64,000 nucleotides of DNA from a virus: positions 1-64,000 of IMG/VR virus record IMGVR_UViG_3300043444_000221; one strand, 5' to 3'. The notes under the pieces are model-generated. The model searched no databases. It was given only the letters and a program-made list of their open reading frames with translations, and was not told the DNA's origin. Shown here piece after piece: positions 43,051 to 53,061 of the stretch. The stretch's first letter is position 1; each line of letters begins with the position of its first letter. A program made the position numbers and the translations under genes.

Positions 43051-43500
43051 ATGAATGAAATAATTAATACACTCAAAAGGCTACTTGCAGACAACATTGC
43101 TCTCAAGTTCAAAGCACATGGATATCATTGGAATGTAGAGGGTGATGACTTCAAACAATTCCATGATTTTTTCGGGGATATTTATGAAAGCTATGATTCT
43201 GCAACAGATACATATGCAGAATGGCTAAGAATATTTAAAGAATACGCTCCATATAGATTGGCAGATTTCTTTGATGCCTCCTCTATTGGTGAGCCATCTA
43301 TTGTGGGTGACCCACAGCCCATGTTGGCTGACCTTTACTTATCTATTGAAAAGCACATTGCAGACTTAATTGTTGCAGGCAAAGCTGCTACTGCAGCAAA
43401 TGAGTTTGGATTAGCAAACTTCTTTGCAGATCGTCAAACTATTTCTCAAAAGTTCTGCTGGCAGATTCGTGCAAGTATCGAAGCTGAGGAGATGGACTAA
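43051..43500 (+). CDS. dps: Dps/ferritin-like protein
   Basis: HGYHWNVEG..F..FH.FF...Y, D..AE. Confidence 0.88.
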   Translation: MNEIINTLKRLLADNIALKFKAHGYHWNVEGDDFKQFHDFFGDIYESYDSATDTYAEWLRIFKEYAPYRLADFFDASSIGEPSIVGDPQPMLADLYLSIEKHIADLIVAGKAATAANEFGLANFFADRQTISQKFCWQIRASIEAEEMD

Positions 43501-44171
43501 TGCCATATCATGTTGGAGAAAAAGGATCTTACGGTTGTAACGGATACCCTGCACTAAAAGATGACGGAACAGTAATGGGATGTCATGACACCAAAGAACA
43601 GGCAGCAGCCCAAATTTATGCAATTAATCAGTCTGAAGGCAATATAGATAAGCAGTCCCCATGTTGGGATGGATATGTTCAGCGTGGTATGAAGCCAAAG
43701 AATGGAAAAATGGTTCCAAACTGTGTACCTGCTGCCAAGGCTGATGACCTGTGGGAAGATGACGATGATGTTATTTATGATAATGACTCTATGTCAAAGG
43801 CAGATGGCTACTCTCCACCAGCAGGGGCTAGAGCAGCAGCTCGTAAAGCAATTAAGTTTAAGGAAGATGGCAAAGCAGGTGGTGCAGGCACAGCAGTTGG
43901 CTGGACACGTGCACGTCAGCTGGCAAATGGTGAAAGCCTATCTCTAAGTACTGTAAAGCGTATGTACTCATACTTCTCACGCCATGAAGTAGACAAAAAG
44001 GGTAAGGACTGGGCTAACCAGGCTAATCCATCTAATGGCTACATTATGTGGCTTGCCTGGGGTGGAGATGCAGGATACTCTTGGTCTCGCAGAATTGTAG
44101 AGAGCGAAAAGAATAAATCTTTGTTTGCTGACTTTGGTAAAGATTATACAAAGTCAACAAGAGTGCTATAA
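43500..44171 (+). CDS. Modular phage hypothetical protein
   Basis: GCH...A..QI.AI module, PCWDGY...VPNCVP module, RA.QLA...RMYSYFSRH...WGG module. Confidence 0.75.
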   Translation: MPYHVGEKGSYGCNGYPALKDDGTVMGCHDTKEQAAAQIYAINQSEGNIDKQSPCWDGYVQRGMKPKNGKMVPNCVPAAKADDLWEDDDDVIYDNDSMSKADGYSPPAGARAAARKAIKFKEDGKAGGAGTAVGWTRARQLANGESLSLSTVKRMYSYFSRHEVDKKGKDWANQANPSNGYIMWLAWGGDAGYSWSRRIVESEKNKSLFADFGKDYTKSTRVL

Positions 44172-44178
44172 TAATATT

Positions 44179-44265
44179 GTCCCTCATACAGGCATCGCTC
44201 TTAGGATGGATTAGTTACCTATTTTATGACCGTGGCCTATTGCAGGTTGATCCTGTATGGGGGAT
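44179..44265 (+). ncRNA. Candidate small RNA C (~87 nt)
   Basis: TGCTATAAT-N6 start; 14-bp closing stem between 5' and 3' ends; two internal hairpins. Confidence 0.65.
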
Positions 44266-45035
44266 TACTTAATTCCCAAATCACGCTGTCTTTTATCAAA
44301 TGCCTCCAATGCCTTGGCATAGTCATCTTCAAGCTTTGATGTAAGGTGAAACTTCTTGACCATCTCTTTGATTATGTAGTATTCCTCTGGCTTTTCTACT
44401 GGAAATGCATTTGCTGCACCACTGGAAAAGTTGATATCACTCTTAGCACGTTCAATGTGGTGTGCCAAATGCTGATCAATTTGTTCCTGTGTCTTCAAAA
44501 TACACTCTCCAGTGCCACCAGAAAGCCTGTAGAGGTGTGGAAGAACATTTGGCAGGTCTTCTGTTACCTGCTCAAATGTAAATGGCACTATGCGGTCTAT
44601 AGCAATCATTGAGCCATAGGTATAGCCCTCCCACATCCTAGATTCCTGATACATGGACTCACGGATATACTCTTCCTTTCTTTCACGGAAGAATGCCATA
44701 TTGCCATCAACAATCTCTGGTCTTCCAGCAATCGTTGAGCTTCCAAATCCATACGATGTCTTAAGTATTTGAGATGTAATGGCATCAACTGGGTCTCTAA
44801 GTACAGTAGTCATTGTTACACCAGGCAATTCTGCACGGAATAGAAGTGGTTCATGACATAGAATAACCCAGTTATCCATCTGACTCCATTCACCTGCCAC
44901 ACGTGGATCTAAATGGTCACGTAGGTTATGACCGTACATGTCTCTAATTAGATCAAAAAAGAAAAAGCCACCAGTTCTTGGCATGGTGTTAAGAATAATT
45001 TTATACACGAGGTTCCCTTCTAGTGTGTGGATCAT
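44265..45035 (-). CDS. Sulfotransferase-like P-loop protein
   Basis: MPRTGG, H, LRDPVDAITS, FE. Confidence 0.6.
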   Translation of the reverse strand: MIHTLEGNLVYKIILNTMPRTGGFFFFDLIRDMYGHNLRDHLDPRVAGEWSQMDNWVILCHEPLLFRAELPGVTMTTVLRDPVDAITSQILKTSYGFGSSTIAGRPEIVDGNMAFFRERKEEYIRESMYQESRMWEGYTYGSMIAIDRIVPFTFEQVTEDLPNVLPHLYRLSGGTGECILKTQEQIDQHLAHHIERAKSDINFSSGAANAFPVEKPEEYYIIKEMVKKFHLTSKLEDDYAKALEAFDKRQRDLGIK

Positions 45036-46095
45036 TAATGATGCTATCTGTATCTGTTATGCCAGTTAGTTGAGTTATAGTTTTACTAAAAATCTCATCA
45101 GTTATAATTATAGCATTATCCATATCTATCTGTGGGTCTCTGGTAATTTCCAGTGTAAATGGGTTATATCCGATAAAGTCTATAAAATCCTCTACAGATC
45201 TTTCCCTGAAGGCACCAAAATCTTTATTATGCCTTATTTCTGGGTCAGTAAATATCTTTTTAAACTTATCATATGACTCTAAATTTGCTGCCCTAATTCT
45301 AGCCTGTTGCTCTGGCCTATCCCACCTAATATGTCTAACAAACTTATCACTTCTTTCACTTGGATTCCAGTAGTTAAAGTTATTGGTATATAGGTGTATT
45401 GGGGACACTACTTCATATCCTGCAGTCCAAGCACGAAGCATAGAAAGCTGTTGCTCAAAGCACTGTGCCATATTTTTCGCAAATGGGACTTCCCTGATAT
45501 AGTCTGAATATGAAAATACCATATTTCCGTTATAAAAGTTTTCTTTGATCATTAGGTTGTTTGGTTTTGCAACCACCAAGCCATTAAGAGCGATTGGCTC
45601 TGGGAAGTCTAGAGTCTTTCCAATTACCTCCCACTCACCCATGTCTGGGTATGAAGTTAGTGGGTCAGCAATCAGCTCATCCTTCCAGCTATCAAAATAA
45701 ATAGTTTGAGAATTTATTATGCTCTTGCCAAAAACTATGTTGGCTATCAAAAGCTCTGCCTCAAGCATTACGTCCCAATTTTTTCTAAACTTTGTGTGAC
45801 AGTCTACTTGCATATAGTAAGCTTCGTCAGTCATAAACTCATCAATGATCATCTGCTTAATGTCGCATAAATAGTCTGGTGCATCATCTCCATGCACCTT
45901 CTTAATGTTGATATTAGCATCTGGAAGTTTATCTTGAATAGAGTCAACCATCCAGTCATCTTCTGGGTAGCCTTGGAACAACACACCAAATACAAGTCTA
46001 TCTTTATTATAGGCTTGATCATATGCTGACTTTATTGTTTCATAAACAAATGGATCTCTCCAGCTTGGCATTGATACAAAAATCTTATTAGTCAT
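45001..46095 (-). CDS. GT60-like glycosyltransferase
   Basis: IFVSMPSWRDP, YYMQVDCHTKF..NWD, RAWTAGY. Confidence 0.82.
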   Translation of the reverse strand: MTNKIFVSMPSWRDPFVYETIKSAYDQAYNKDRLVFGVLFQGYPEDDWMVDSIQDKLPDANINIKKVHGDDAPDYLCDIKQMIIDEFMTDEAYYMQVDCHTKFRKNWDVMLEAELLIANIVFGKSIINSQTIYFDSWKDELIADPLTSYPDMGEWEVIGKTLDFPEPIALNGLVVAKPNNLMIKENFYNGNMVFSYSDYIREVPFAKNMAQCFEQQLSMLRAWTAGYEVVSPIHLYTNNFNYWNPSERSDKFVRHIRWDRPEQQARIRAANLESYDKFKKIFTDPEIRHNKDFGAFRERSVEDFIDFIGYNPFTLEITRDPQIDMDNAIIITDEIFSKTITQLTGITDTDSIINDPHTRREPRV

Positions 46096-46330
46096 TATTG
46101 TTTCTTTCATATTCACGTTGCTTGTGGCAATTTGCACAGACAACATCACACTTCTTTACCTCTTTCCAGGCTGCATCTTTTCCATATTTTCGAAGAACAC
46201 GATAAACTAAGTCTATCTTCTTTGCTCCTGGACGATGGTCAAACTCAAGTATGTAGTGAGGGTAGTGGACCTTGCAATCCTTGCACCCCATCTTCTCTTT
46301 ATACGCCTGAAATTGAGAGTATTGATTCAT
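46088..46330 (-). CDS. Small HNH endonuclease
   Basis: CKDC, EFDH, KC.VVCANCH. Confidence 0.85.
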   Translation of the reverse strand: MNQYSQFQAYKEKMGCKDCKVHYPHYILEFDHRPGAKKIDLVYRVLRKYGKDAAWKEVKKCDVVCANCHKQREYERNNND

Positions 46331-46366
46331 TACATATATTATAGCAAATAGAGGTATAATATTATT

Positions 46367-46591
46367 ATGAATCTTGAAGCTTTCGACTATGATTTAGACG
46401 AAAGGCATGCCCTGCTTTTACAAAGAATTGATGACATTACATCAGAGATCTATTCTATTGGGGCATATGAAGAAAGAAAAGCCATCTTTGACCACATGCG
46501 TAAACTTATTCAAGATAAAGATGTTGCTGGCGATATGATTGCTGTAGAAGTTCTTTGCTGGACACTTGACCAGCTTGCCTCAGAAGGCTAA
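46367..46591 (+). CDS. Hypothetical protein
   Basis: Leaderless TATAAT-N6-ATG start. Confidence 0.65.
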   Translation: MNLEAFDYDLDERHALLLQRIDDITSEIYSIGAYEERKAIFDHMRKLIQDKDVAGDMIAVEVLCWTLDQLASEG

Positions 46592-46635
46592 ATCTGGTAT
46601 AATTAAATTCTTAATCATAAGAAAAGAGAAACTTA

Positions 46636-47529
46636 GTGATACTAGTAACAGGTGGTGCAGGCTTCGTTGGCTCCCACCTAGTTGATAAGTTAATTGATCT
46701 TGGTTATCATGTTCGTGTAATTGATGATGAATCTGCAACAGAAAACAAAAAGTTCTATTGGAATCCGAAGGCAGAAAATTACAAGCTTGATATTTTAGAC
46801 TATGAATCTACACGAAAACTATATGATAATGTTAAAATAGTTTATCATTTTGCAGCTAGATCAAGAATTCAGCCATCAGTTATAAATCCAGGCAATACTC
46901 TCAATACAAATGTTTTAGGAACATTCAATGTTCTAAAATGTGCATCAGAGGCTGGGGTAGATAGACTAATATTTTCTTCATCGTCATCTGTTTATGGAAA
47001 TAACCCTCCACCAAACATAGAGACTCAAAGCCCAGATTGTCTCACAGTGTATTCTGCAAGCAAGTTGGTTGGTGAAAACCTTTGTTTTAGCTTCAATATG
47101 ATGTCTAAAATTAAGACACTATCCCTGAGATTTTTTAATGTCTATGGAGATAGACAGCCAACGGTTGGGGAATATGCAACAGTGATTGGTAAGTTTATTG
47201 AACAGAAAAATGCTGGCAATCCATTAACAATTGTTGGTGATGGAGAACAGCTGAGAAGCTTTACAAATATATCTGACATTGTAGAGGCATGTCTACTAGC
47301 TGGAATGCTTGATGTTGAGGGTCATAATTTTGGAAAGTCATACAATGTTGGTTTTGAAAAAGAGTACAAAATAAAAGATATTGCAGGTATGATATCTGAT
47401 AATTACATTCACATACCAAAAAGGGTTGGTGAATCTAATGCGACGATAGCAGACTCTTCTAGGTTCAAACATGTATTCGGCTGGAAACCTACAGTATATC
47501 TAGAAGACTGGATACGAAATAATGTCTAA
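46636..47529 (+). CDS. NAD-dependent NDP-sugar epimerase/dehydratase
   Basis: TGGAGFVG, SSSSVYG, YSASK, RFFNVYG, GDGEQ.R. Confidence 0.92.
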   Translation: MILVTGGAGFVGSHLVDKLIDLGYHVRVIDDESATENKKFYWNPKAENYKLDILDYESTRKLYDNVKIVYHFAARSRIQPSVINPGNTLNTNVLGTFNVLKCASEAGVDRLIFSSSSSVYGNNPPPNIETQSPDCLTVYSASKLVGENLCFSFNMMSKIKTLSLRFFNVYGDRQPTVGEYATVIGKFIEQKNAGNPLTIVGDGEQLRSFTNISDIVEACLLAGMLDVEGHNFGKSYNVGFEKEYKIKDIAGMISDNYIHIPKRVGESNATIADSSRFKHVFGWKPTVYLEDWIRNNV

Positions 47530-48274
47530 CATTCTTATCATTGGTAGGGGAAATGTGGGGCTAGCAACTGAGCGTAGCATGCCACTGTTAAATGCAGACT
47601 TTCATGATCCATACAAAGGTTTTATCGCAAACAATCCAAATACATATGAGTATGCAATAGTCTGCGTTGACACACTTCAGTCTGGACCAGATGATTACAA
47701 AGACTTAGACAGTGTGATTGAGTATCTAAACAATTACTCTGGCACTGTGGTAATTAGAAGCACAATATCTCCAGATAAAGCATTGGAAATTAACTCTAAG
47801 CTTTCTGGCCCTCTTGTTATGTTTCCTGAATTTATGGACCATAAGGATTTTAAAAATGGTACTGACTCATCTTCCAGAATTGTGTTAGGTGGTAGTCACG
47901 ATACAACAAAAGACTTCTTTAAAACAATATCTAATTATGGCTATGATACAAATAAAGAAAAATTCTTTGTATCTATTGAAGAGGCATGCATAATTAAACT
48001 TTCTTCTAATGCAGCACTTGCTACCAAAGTTATTTTGTTTAACTCTATATATAAAATTTGTCAGGGGTATGGGGTATCATATGATGAAGTCAGAAAAGCA
48101 ATTGGCATAGATAGTAGAATTGGTATTGGTCACACTCTTGCTCCAAGTCCAGATGATGGAATGCTTGGCTTTGGTGGTCATTGCTTACCCAAAGACATAA
48201 AAGCTATTGCAAAAATGGACAAATTGGGACTTTTTGAACATATAGAAAAAATTAACCACGATCTTGGCAGGTAG
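47522..48274 (+). CDS. UDP-glucose/GDP-mannose dehydrogenase-like (short form)
   Basis: G.GNVG, IRST, PEF, K...N, GFGGHCLPKD. Confidence 0.88.
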   Translation: MSNILIIGRGNVGLATERSMPLLNADFHDPYKGFIANNPNTYEYAIVCVDTLQSGPDDYKDLDSVIEYLNNYSGTVVIRSTISPDKALEINSKLSGPLVMFPEFMDHKDFKNGTDSSSRIVLGGSHDTTKDFFKTISNYGYDTNKEKFFVSIEEACIIKLSSNAALATKVILFNSIYKICQGYGVSYDEVRKAIGIDSRIGIGHTLAPSPDDGMLGFGGHCLPKDIKAIAKMDKLGLFEHIEKINHDLGR

Positions 48275-48384
48275 TCCAAATTGTGGTACAATATATAAAC
48301 TTTGTTACAAAAACGTAATAATTCAAACAAGAAATCGTCTAATACAATTGTATAATTGTATTTATACAACTAAAGGAGATATTT

Positions 48385-48606
48385 ATGACTACGGTTTATT
48401 CAAAACCAGCTTGTGTCCAGTGTGACATGACAAAGAAAATGCTAGATAAGAATGGTATTGAATATACTGTGATAGATATCACAGAGGATGTCCAGGCCTA
48501 TGACAAGATTGTTTCTATGGGATTCATGTCTGTGCCTGTTGTTATTTCTGGCGACCAGGCATGGGCAGGTTTTCAGCCAGACAAAATTAATGCTCTTGCA
48601 GCTTGA
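48385..48606 (+). CDS. nrdH: NrdH-like glutaredoxin
   Basis: YSKPACVQC, PVV, WAGFQPDKI. Confidence 0.93.
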   Translation: MTTVYSKPACVQCDMTKKMLDKNGIEYTVIDITEDVQAYDKIVSMGFMSVPVVISGDQAWAGFQPDKINALAA

Positions 48607-48657
48607 CTTATAAAGCCATCGTTGGTATAATTTATAACATAGAGAAATGGGTATGCT

Positions 48658-48819
48658 ATGAATTGGCATTTAATTTGGGAAATGCTTTCTGATCCAAACC
48701 ATATTATTGTAGACTTTTTTTGGAATACAATATATGAGTTGACAGTTGCAGTTATTTCATATAAAGTTATAGTTAAGAAATTGGAAAAGAGATTTAAAAA
48801 TAATGACAGACAAAATTAA
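48658..48819 (+). CDS. Small membrane protein (53 aa, not in ORF track)
   Basis: HIIVDFFWN; promoter TTGACT-N17-TATAAT upstream. Confidence 0.6.
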   Translation: MNWHLIWEMLSDPNHIIVDFFWNTIYELTVAVISYKVIVKKLEKRFKNNDRQN

Positions 48820-49513
48820 GGTATTGGATGAAGGTTACGTCAGACTGGTTGATACTCTTGGAGATGACCTTAGCATTGTTAACGCTGCTCGTGTTAGTTA
48901 TGATAAGGAAAGTGACGAATTCTCTCAACGAGATACAAGACTTATTGAATTCCTTATTAGAGAAGGACACACAAGCCCATTTAGGCACACAGCCCTCACC
49001 ATGGAGATTTACGCACCGCTCTTTGTCGCAAGACAGTGGTGGAAATATGCAGTAGCTTCAACACATGTTGATGATCAAAATGGTTGGAACGAATCTTCTA
49101 GACGATACATCACAGAAGATGAGCAGTTTTATATTCCACTATCAGATGAGTGGCGTAGCAAGCCAGAGAATAGCAAGCAGGGTAGCGGAGAACCAATTGA
49201 TGAGGAAAAGGGTGCTTGGTATTTTGAAAAGCTTGTGCAAACAGTAGCTTCTGGTACTAGCCTATACCATCAAGCAATGGATGACAATATCGCACCAGAG
49301 CTTGCTAGACTGTTTTTGCCAGCGTATGGAATGTACGTGCGTTGGCGTTGGACAGCCTCTCTACAGGCCGTCATGACCTTCCTAGACCAGCGTCTAGAGC
49401 ATGACGCACAATGGGAAATTCAGCAGTATGCAAAAGCAGTACGTGACTTGACAAATGGAGCATTTCCACGTACAATGGAACTATACACAAATTTTAAGGA
49501 GAATAATGATTAA
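48803..49513 (+). CDS. thyX: Flavin-dependent thymidylate synthase
   Basis: NAARVSY, HTSPF, P.FVARQW, NESSRRY, AQWEI. Confidence 0.93.
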   Translation: MTDKIKVLDEGYVRLVDTLGDDLSIVNAARVSYDKESDEFSQRDTRLIEFLIREGHTSPFRHTALTMEIYAPLFVARQWWKYAVASTHVDDQNGWNESSRRYITEDEQFYIPLSDEWRSKPENSKQGSGEPIDEEKGAWYFEKLVQTVASGTSLYHQAMDDNIAPELARLFLPAYGMYVRWRWTASLQAVMTFLDQRLEHDAQWEIQQYAKAVRDLTNGAFPRTMELYTNFKENND

Positions 49514-49796
49514 GCCACTAGAAGATAAGGTAGTAGTAAAACCAATTGAGGAGTCTGAAAAGACAAGTGCAGGCGGTTTGATTATTGCAAATGTAAACAG
49601 CGAGAAGCCAACTGAGGCTATCGTAATTGCAGTTGGTCCAGGATTCACTGCTGCAAATGGAGACAAGGTTACTATTGACCTAAAGCCAGGGGATAAGGTT
49701 ATTTATTCTAAGTATGCTGGTACAGAGATTGAGCATAACTATGAGAAGCTAATTATCCTGCCATACCGTGATATCTTTGCTGTAGTAGAGGGATAA
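49506..49796 (+). CDS. groES: Co-chaperonin GroES
   Basis: IKPLEDKVVV, SAGGLII, AVGPG, GDKVIYSKYAGTE. Confidence 0.95.
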   Translation: MIKPLEDKVVVKPIEESEKTSAGGLIIANVNSEKPTEAIVIAVGPGFTAANGDKVTIDLKPGDKVIYSKYAGTEIEHNYEKLIILPYRDIFAVVEG

Positions 49797-49963
49797 TGCA
49801 CGATCTATTTGATGTAATGTTTGGCATTGAACATGTCATTGCCGAGTTTTTCTGGAATGCTGTATTTGCTCTAGCAGTATTTGCATTTTCTAAATCACGT
49901 ATTCTAAGCAGAATTCACAAGTACATTGATGATAGGCATGAGGTTAAGCATGACAAGTACTGA
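49796..49963 (+). CDS. Small membrane protein (55 aa, not in ORF track)
   Basis: HVIAEFFWN; coupled to groES. Confidence 0.6.
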   Translation: MHDLFDVMFGIEHVIAEFFWNAVFALAVFAFSKSRILSRIHKYIDDRHEVKHDKY

Positions 49964-50162
49964 GCTAAGGTGTAACTGGCCACATGGCTACCTGCATGTT
50001 ACACAACAGTTACTGGATGATCAAAAGAAACACCAAAGACTAAATGTTTACAATGAAATAATTAGTGAACTAGAGTCTGAGTTGTTTGCAAATAAAGAAG
50101 AAGATCCGTACTATGGATATTATCTAAAGGCAGTAATCGAACGAATACAGTCCAAGATATAA
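49950..50162 (+). CDS. Hypothetical protein
   Basis: Coupled ORF. Confidence 0.6.
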   Translation: MTSTELRCNWPHGYLHVTQQLLDDQKKHQRLNVYNEIISELESELFANKEEDPYYGYYLKAVIERIQSKI

Positions 50163-50168
50163 ATTCTT

Positions 50169-50245
50169 GGGGCAGTAGTTCAGAAGGTTAGAGCGTCACT
50201 CTTATAAGGTGAAAGTCGTGGGTTCAAGTCCCACCTGCCCTACCA
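50169..50245 (+). tRNA. tRNA-Ile(TAT)
   Basis: Cloverleaf; TCACT-CTTATAA-GGTGA anticodon arm; ACCA end. Confidence 0.9.
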
Positions 50246-50246
50246 T

Positions 50247-50320
<74 letters not shown>

Positions 50321-50331
50321 CAAATGATATA

Positions 50332-50898
50332 ATGAATAATATGGACGATGTAAAAGTAATAAATAATTTCATCACAGAAGATGATGCACAAACAATAATT
50401 GATTTTATTGAAGATAAGCTATCTCTATTTGTCTATAATAAAGATCGTAAGCGATACATGCTTAGGTTTGGCTATGACGAAGAGTTGCCAGAACAAGCTA
50501 TCCACTCTATGTTTATAGTAAAGCCAATCAAAGATTTGCTAATACAAATATTTGACAAAACAAATGATGTGGTTGGCAAAGACCTATTCCTAACATCTTG
50601 GTTCATATCAAAGCAAATTCCTGGTGCCAAGTTGCTACCACACAAAGACGGAACAAGGGGCATGAACGATCATCTTGAATATACAGCCATGCTATATCTA
50701 AATAATCTAGATAATAATGGAACAATATCATTCCCAGATTTAAATCTTGACATTACTCCACAACTTGGAGACTTGGTAGTCTTTAGGTCGCTTGATCATG
50801 AGCATATGGTTTCTGATGTAACTCAAGATAGATACTCACTTCCAATGTGGTTTACAAAAGATGAAAGCCTAAAGTTTAATGGACAAAATATTTATTAA
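50332..50898 (+). CDS. Prolyl-4-hydroxylase-like 2OG-Fe(II) oxygenase
   Basis: VINNFIT, HKD, TAMLYLN, GDLVVF, EH.V, RYSL. Confidence 0.88.
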   Translation: MNNMDDVKVINNFITEDDAQTIIDFIEDKLSLFVYNKDRKRYMLRFGYDEELPEQAIHSMFIVKPIKDLLIQIFDKTNDVVGKDLFLTSWFISKQIPGAKLLPHKDGTRGMNDHLEYTAMLYLNNLDNNGTISFPDLNLDITPQLGDLVVFRSLDHEHMVSDVTQDRYSLPMWFTKDESLKFNGQNIY

Positions 50899-51817
50899 CA
50901 TTGCAGCGTATCGTGATCCACTTTTGGTTAGGACACTTACGCAGGCTTATCAGAAGGCTGACCATCCAGAAAATTTAGTGTTTGCACTAGCAATGCAGTA
51001 TGAGCCAGAGATATATCCAGACCTATCCTTCATTCCAAAAGATCAAATACGTATACTGAATTATGACTTGGCTAGCAGGCCTGGCATCACTAGAATTAGA
51101 TATGAGCTAAGTAGGTCAGCATACATAGACGAGGATTATTTCCTAATGATTGACTCTCACATGAAGTTTCAAGATGGTTGGGACACATGGCTTAAGGTGT
51201 CACTAAATAACCTTGGTCCTAAAACAGTCATAACTGGTCTTGGAGAAATTCATAATGATCAGCTTAGATTAAAGACTTGTGAGATTATTCAGGGGCACAT
51301 GGACTTAGTCTTTCAGGGTAAAGAATACTATGTTCCAATGGACTATGAAAATGCAGGACGATTCTATAAAGCACCATATATATCTTGTGGGTTTATGTTT
51401 ACATATGGCTCTTTTGTAAATGATGTAGGATTTGATGAATATAGTCAATTTGATTCAGAAGAGCCCTATCTAAGTTGGAGAACCTTTATGTCTGGTTGGG
51501 ACATATATCAAACATCCTATTGGCCAATTACACATTCTCCAGATAATTATTATGACGATGCTTGGGGTGGCTTTGAAAATAGAAAATTCCTTCGTGATGG
51601 GCTTGAGAGCGTATTTAGAAGCAACCTAGTAATGTTAAAATCATTAGCATATGTATACAATGACTATTCAATATACGCAATTAAGAATTCCCCCAGAAAG
51701 CCAGTGGAATGGTTCTTGGAGTGTGGATATACTATTAGTGATTATAAAAAAATTCTTTTACATTTTGACAAAATGATACGCAATAACGTATCAGGAGATG
51801 ATATAATAATTCTATGA
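50879..51817 (+). CDS. GT60-like glycosyltransferase
   Basis: IFINIAAYRDP, YFLMIDSHMKF..GWD, EE..LS.R...GWDIY. Confidence 0.85.
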   Translation: MDKIFINIAAYRDPLLVRTLTQAYQKADHPENLVFALAMQYEPEIYPDLSFIPKDQIRILNYDLASRPGITRIRYELSRSAYIDEDYFLMIDSHMKFQDGWDTWLKVSLNNLGPKTVITGLGEIHNDQLRLKTCEIIQGHMDLVFQGKEYYVPMDYENAGRFYKAPYISCGFMFTYGSFVNDVGFDEYSQFDSEEPYLSWRTFMSGWDIYQTSYWPITHSPDNYYDDAWGGFENRKFLRDGLESVFRSNLVMLKSLAYVYNDYSIYAIKNSPRKPVEWFLECGYTISDYKKILLHFDKMIRNNVSGDDIIIL

Positions 51818-52017
51818 CTAATACGATTAAGTGTGCCTTTTGTGCCAATGAAAACATGGCTGAGGTTAAGTATGGCTTTCCAACACCAACGATGATTGAA
51901 CGTGCCAAGCAAGAGCTAATTGCTCTTGGTGGTCTATATGATCATGGAATCACCCACTACTGCTACTCATGCAATGAAACATTTCCACCAACCGAATGGC
52001 CTGGTTCTGTAGAATAA
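51814..52017 (+). CDS. Small zinc-binding protein
   Basis: CAFC...YGFP...LGG...CYSC. Confidence 0.7.
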   Translation: MTNTIKCAFCANENMAEVKYGFPTPTMIERAKQELIALGGLYDHGITHYCYSCNETFPPTEWPGSVE

Positions 52018-52033
52018 AAGAAAAGAGTTTATA

Positions 52034-52966
52034 GTGATTGGCCCTATAAGAGCTCATGAACTTGATAACGTTGCTGCTGAGATAACATCTAAAATTAAAC
52101 AGTACAACATGGGCAACTTTTTGGTACCTGCAGCTAAACCATTCCTTCAGCAACGCAGTGAAGGAAATTATTCTAAAATTTTTGGAACTGATGATGGATA
52201 TAAAGTTCTTGGTAAATTCAATGACTTCGGGTGCAGGTGCGACGATTTTAAAAAAGATCATGGCGGTAAGCTGCATGTACTTTTTGCTGGCTGCTCAATG
52301 ACATATGGCGAAGGATTGCCAATAGAAGATGTCTGGAGCTATTTGGTTCATCAATACATTAATAGTATTACAGAAACTAGTGGGTACTTCAATGTTGGTA
52401 AAACTGGAATTAACTTCCACGAAATGTTAAATCAAATTATGGGATATATGAAGTATGCTGGAAAACCAGATGTAATATTTTTAATGCTTCCTGAGATTGG
52501 TAGAGAATTCTTAGAATACCCAACGCAGATGTGGCCAATGAATGTTGATGCTTTAAATACTCCAGGTAAAGATGAAATACCAACAACAATCAAAAACTTC
52601 CGTGAAAGATTAATTAACTTTAAGATCATGTGCGATCTATTGGGTATTAAGTTAGTAATTGGATGCTGGGCAATGAACATGCGTAACCATGGATTAATTG
52701 TGTCTCAGTATTCGGACCCATTTAGAGATATTGAGGTTGTAAATGTTGCAGGAAAAACTCATTGGCTGCAAGATTTTAGAGAACACGACCTTGGTCATCC
52801 AGAAATTGAAAAAGAAATTTTAGATAGTTTAGATATAAAAGATCCAAGAAGAAAGATGGTTTATCTAGCATTAGATGACGCTCATCCTGGCTTGCTTGGT
52901 CAAAAGATCATGGCTCATTATATTATTGAGCATTTAAAGAAAAGTGATATATTTCACAAAAATTGA
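52034..52966 (+). CDS. SGNH/GDSL-like protein, paralog of 30794
   Basis: G.RCDDF, FAGCSMTYG, NVG..G, DDAHPG. Confidence 0.7.
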   Translation: MIGPIRAHELDNVAAEITSKIKQYNMGNFLVPAAKPFLQQRSEGNYSKIFGTDDGYKVLGKFNDFGCRCDDFKKDHGGKLHVLFAGCSMTYGEGLPIEDVWSYLVHQYINSITETSGYFNVGKTGINFHEMLNQIMGYMKYAGKPDVIFLMLPEIGREFLEYPTQMWPMNVDALNTPGKDEIPTTIKNFRERLINFKIMCDLLGIKLVIGCWAMNMRNHGLIVSQYSDPFRDIEVVNVAGKTHWLQDFREHDLGHPEIEKEILDSLDIKDPRRKMVYLALDDAHPGLLGQKIMAHYIIEHLKKSDIFHKN

Positions 52967-53061
52967 TTGCTGCTTGACAAGCACTCATTTACCATGATAT
53001 ACTAGTTAGTAAGTAGAGACACCCTTTAAAAAGGTGTCTTTATGTTTCTAAAGGAGGAAGC

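Noticed and set aside
48284-48302. NrdR box upstream of nrdH
   Set aside because: Only a partial match (ACAATATAT), without the palindromic half or a tandem copy
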